This document shows positions 62,520-64,000 of a stretch of 64,000 nucleotides of DNA, one piece after another. The notes beneath the pieces were generated by a model that worked only from the letters and a program-made list of their open reading frames with translations, did not search any database and was not told the DNA's origin. The position numbers were made by a program, and so were the translations under genes. Every line of letters begins with the position of its first letter. Position 1 is the first letter of the stretch. The DNA comes from an uncultured Actinomycetes bacterium (GTDB lineage: Bacteria; Actinomycetota; UBA4738; JBBDTT01): NCBI GenBank assembly GCA_963742735.1, contig CAVUMN010000004.1, positions 960,001 through 1,024,000 of the forward strand, written 5' to 3'.

Positions 62520-63149
62520 CTAGGCCCCCAGCCGGAACGGCGGGTACCGGTCGGTCACGAGCGTGAAGGCGTAGGCCGTCACGCGGGCGTTCCACCGGAG
62601 GACCCCGGCCATGTAGTCGAACAGCCCCCGCGGGTACCGCCCCGTGAACAGGATGGCGAACCACGCGAAGAGCCCCGCGAATACCGCGCCGACGAAGAGG
62701 AAGACGAGCACGACGTAGTGGGGGATGGCCAGGAACCACTTGACCAGCGGGAGCCACCGGTTCAGGTCTCGGGCCGCGTCCGGGAAGTCGTAGTCCAGGT
62801 GCACCGACTGCTGCTCGTCGGTGGAGGGGTACCGGTCGTCCATCAGCGCAAGGTACGCGCCCACCCGCGCGCCGAAGCGCTGGAGCTCGAGGTTCCAGTC
62901 GAACCACCACCGCGGGTACTTCTGACGGAACACGATCATGAGCAGCGGACCGAAGAACAGCAGCCCGCCGGCCCCCGCAGCGACGTATCCGCCGTGCTTG
63001 GCGCTCCACTGCCAGGTCGAGCCCGAGACGCTCGCCAGCACGACGAGGATCGGGATCGCCACGATGATCCGGAAGGCCGTGGTCAGACGGTTCAGCGACC
63101 GGTCGGGGTAGTCGACCGAGAAGCCGACCGGGTAGGTCGTGTCGGGCAT
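62520..63149 (-). CDS. DUF4389 membrane protein
   Basis: Two repeats of R.....IP...F..YP...F.....R...RV.AY....D.YP. Confidence 0.88.
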   Translation of the reverse strand: MPDTTYPVGFSVDYPDRSLNRLTTAFRIIVAIPILVVLASVSGSTWQWSAKHGGYVAAGAGGLLFFGPLLMIVFRQKYPRWWFDWNLELQRFGARVGAYLALMDDRYPSTDEQQSVHLDYDFPDAARDLNRWLPLVKWFLAIPHYVVLVFLFVGAVFAGLFAWFAILFTGRYPRGLFDYMAGVLRWNARVTAYAFTLVTDRYPPFRLGA

Positions 63150-63283
63150 CGCGCACCTCCGTGGATCCTGCGTTGGTCCAACCTGGTGACCTTGGGTCGG
63201 GGCCCGGAGTGCGCGAACCGTGCTCTGGGGTTCGGCTCCTTGAGGCTATGCCTATCCGAGGCCGACGAACATGACAGAAAGGG

Positions 63284-64000
63284 TCAGCTCTTCTTGGCGC
63301 GGCTGCGGGAGACGCGGGGCGGCTCGTTGGGTTGCTTCGGATAGACCGGAGGCCACGGCGCGTCCATCAGCCCGTCGGCGAGGTCCTTCTCGTGCATCGT
63401 GAGCAGGGGCTCGATCGACTGCGGGCTCGCGTTCATGTCCTCCCACGGGTCTCCGCCGGCGTCGATCCGGGCCGGGAGCGACTGGACGGTGAGCTCGTCC
63501 GGGTGGACCGCGTCCACGTCCTCCCACAACAGCGGCGTCGACACCTGGGCGCCTGGGCGGGCCCGAACACACCACGCGCCGAACACGGTCTTGTGCGGCG
63601 CGTTCTGGTTGAAGTCGACGAACACGCGCTCGCCGCGGTCCTCCTTCCACCACTGGGCGGTGATGAGGTCGGGACGGCGCCGCTCGAGTTCGCGGGCCGT
63701 CGCTACCACCGCCGCCCGGACCTGGTACGAGTCCCAGCGCGGCTCGAGCCGGACGTACACGTGCAGTCCCCGGTTTCCGGTCGTCTTCGGGTACCCGGCG
63801 ATGCCCAGCTCGTCGAGGAGCGCCCTGACCTCCCGGGCGGCCTCGCGGATGTGCGTGAAGTCCGTCCCCGGCTGGGGATCGAGGTCGATCCGGAGCTCGT
63901 CGGTGAACTCCGGCTCGGCCGCCAGGTAGGGCCACACGTGGAAGCCGAGGCATCCGAGGTTGACGGCCCACGCGACGTGCGCGAGGTCGGCGCACACCAG
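63284..64000 (-). CDS. LigD-type primase-polymerase (NHEJ/Prim-PolC family), 5' end outside window
   Basis: DELRIDLDP, KTTG.RG.H, WWKE.RG..VF.DFNQN, RARP.A.VS.P. Confidence 0.92.
   Translation of the reverse strand: MVCADLAHVAWAVNLGCLGFHVWPYLAAEPEFTDELRIDLDPQPGTDFTHIREAAREVRALLDELGIAGYPKTTGNRGLHVYVRLEPRWDSYQVRAAVVATARELERRRPDLITAQWWKEDRGERVFVDFNQNAPHKTVFGAWCVRARPGAQVSTPLLWEDVDAVHPDELTVQSLPARIDAGGDPWEDMNASPQSIEPLLTMHEKDLADGLMDAPWPPVYPKQPNEPPRVSRSRAKKS

Overview
High-GC, gene-dense chromosomal window that looks actinobacterial (inferred from hspR with a HAIR half-site, bldC, LPxTG proteins, a DUF222-HNH gene and many leaderless genes). Housekeeping blocks: panB, Fpg/Nei glycosylase, rpsF-ssb-rpsR-rplI, dnaB, dcd, dnaK-grpE-dnaJ-hspR, purA-D-E-B-C-S-Q-L-F-M, Leu/Val dehydrogenase with 2-oxoacid dehydrogenase E1a/E1b/E2, bldC, and tRNAs Gly, Phe, Asp and Glu. 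Two carrier-protein cassettes stand out. The first sits between rplI and dnaB and encodes a pair of alpha/beta-hydrolase-fold proteins (Arg and Cys at the nucleophile elbow), an ACP and two tandem FAAL-like ligases. The second, beside the tRNA cluster, is a stand-alone PCP + proline-type adenylation enzyme + prolyl-PCP dehydrogenase (pyrrole-2-carbonyl) set with no PKS/NRPS acceptor nearby. Other points: two LPVTG-anchored surface proteins (one ice-binding DUF3494, one Cys-rich and unrecognised), structured 5' leaders, a 17-codon clpB stub, an ECF sigma/beta-propeller pair and an AAC(2')-like gene. Single-base frameshifts in essential genes (dnaB, purB, purD, dcd) indicate assembly indel errors, so frame-dependent oddities need caution. 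All calls come from reading the sequence; no searches were run.
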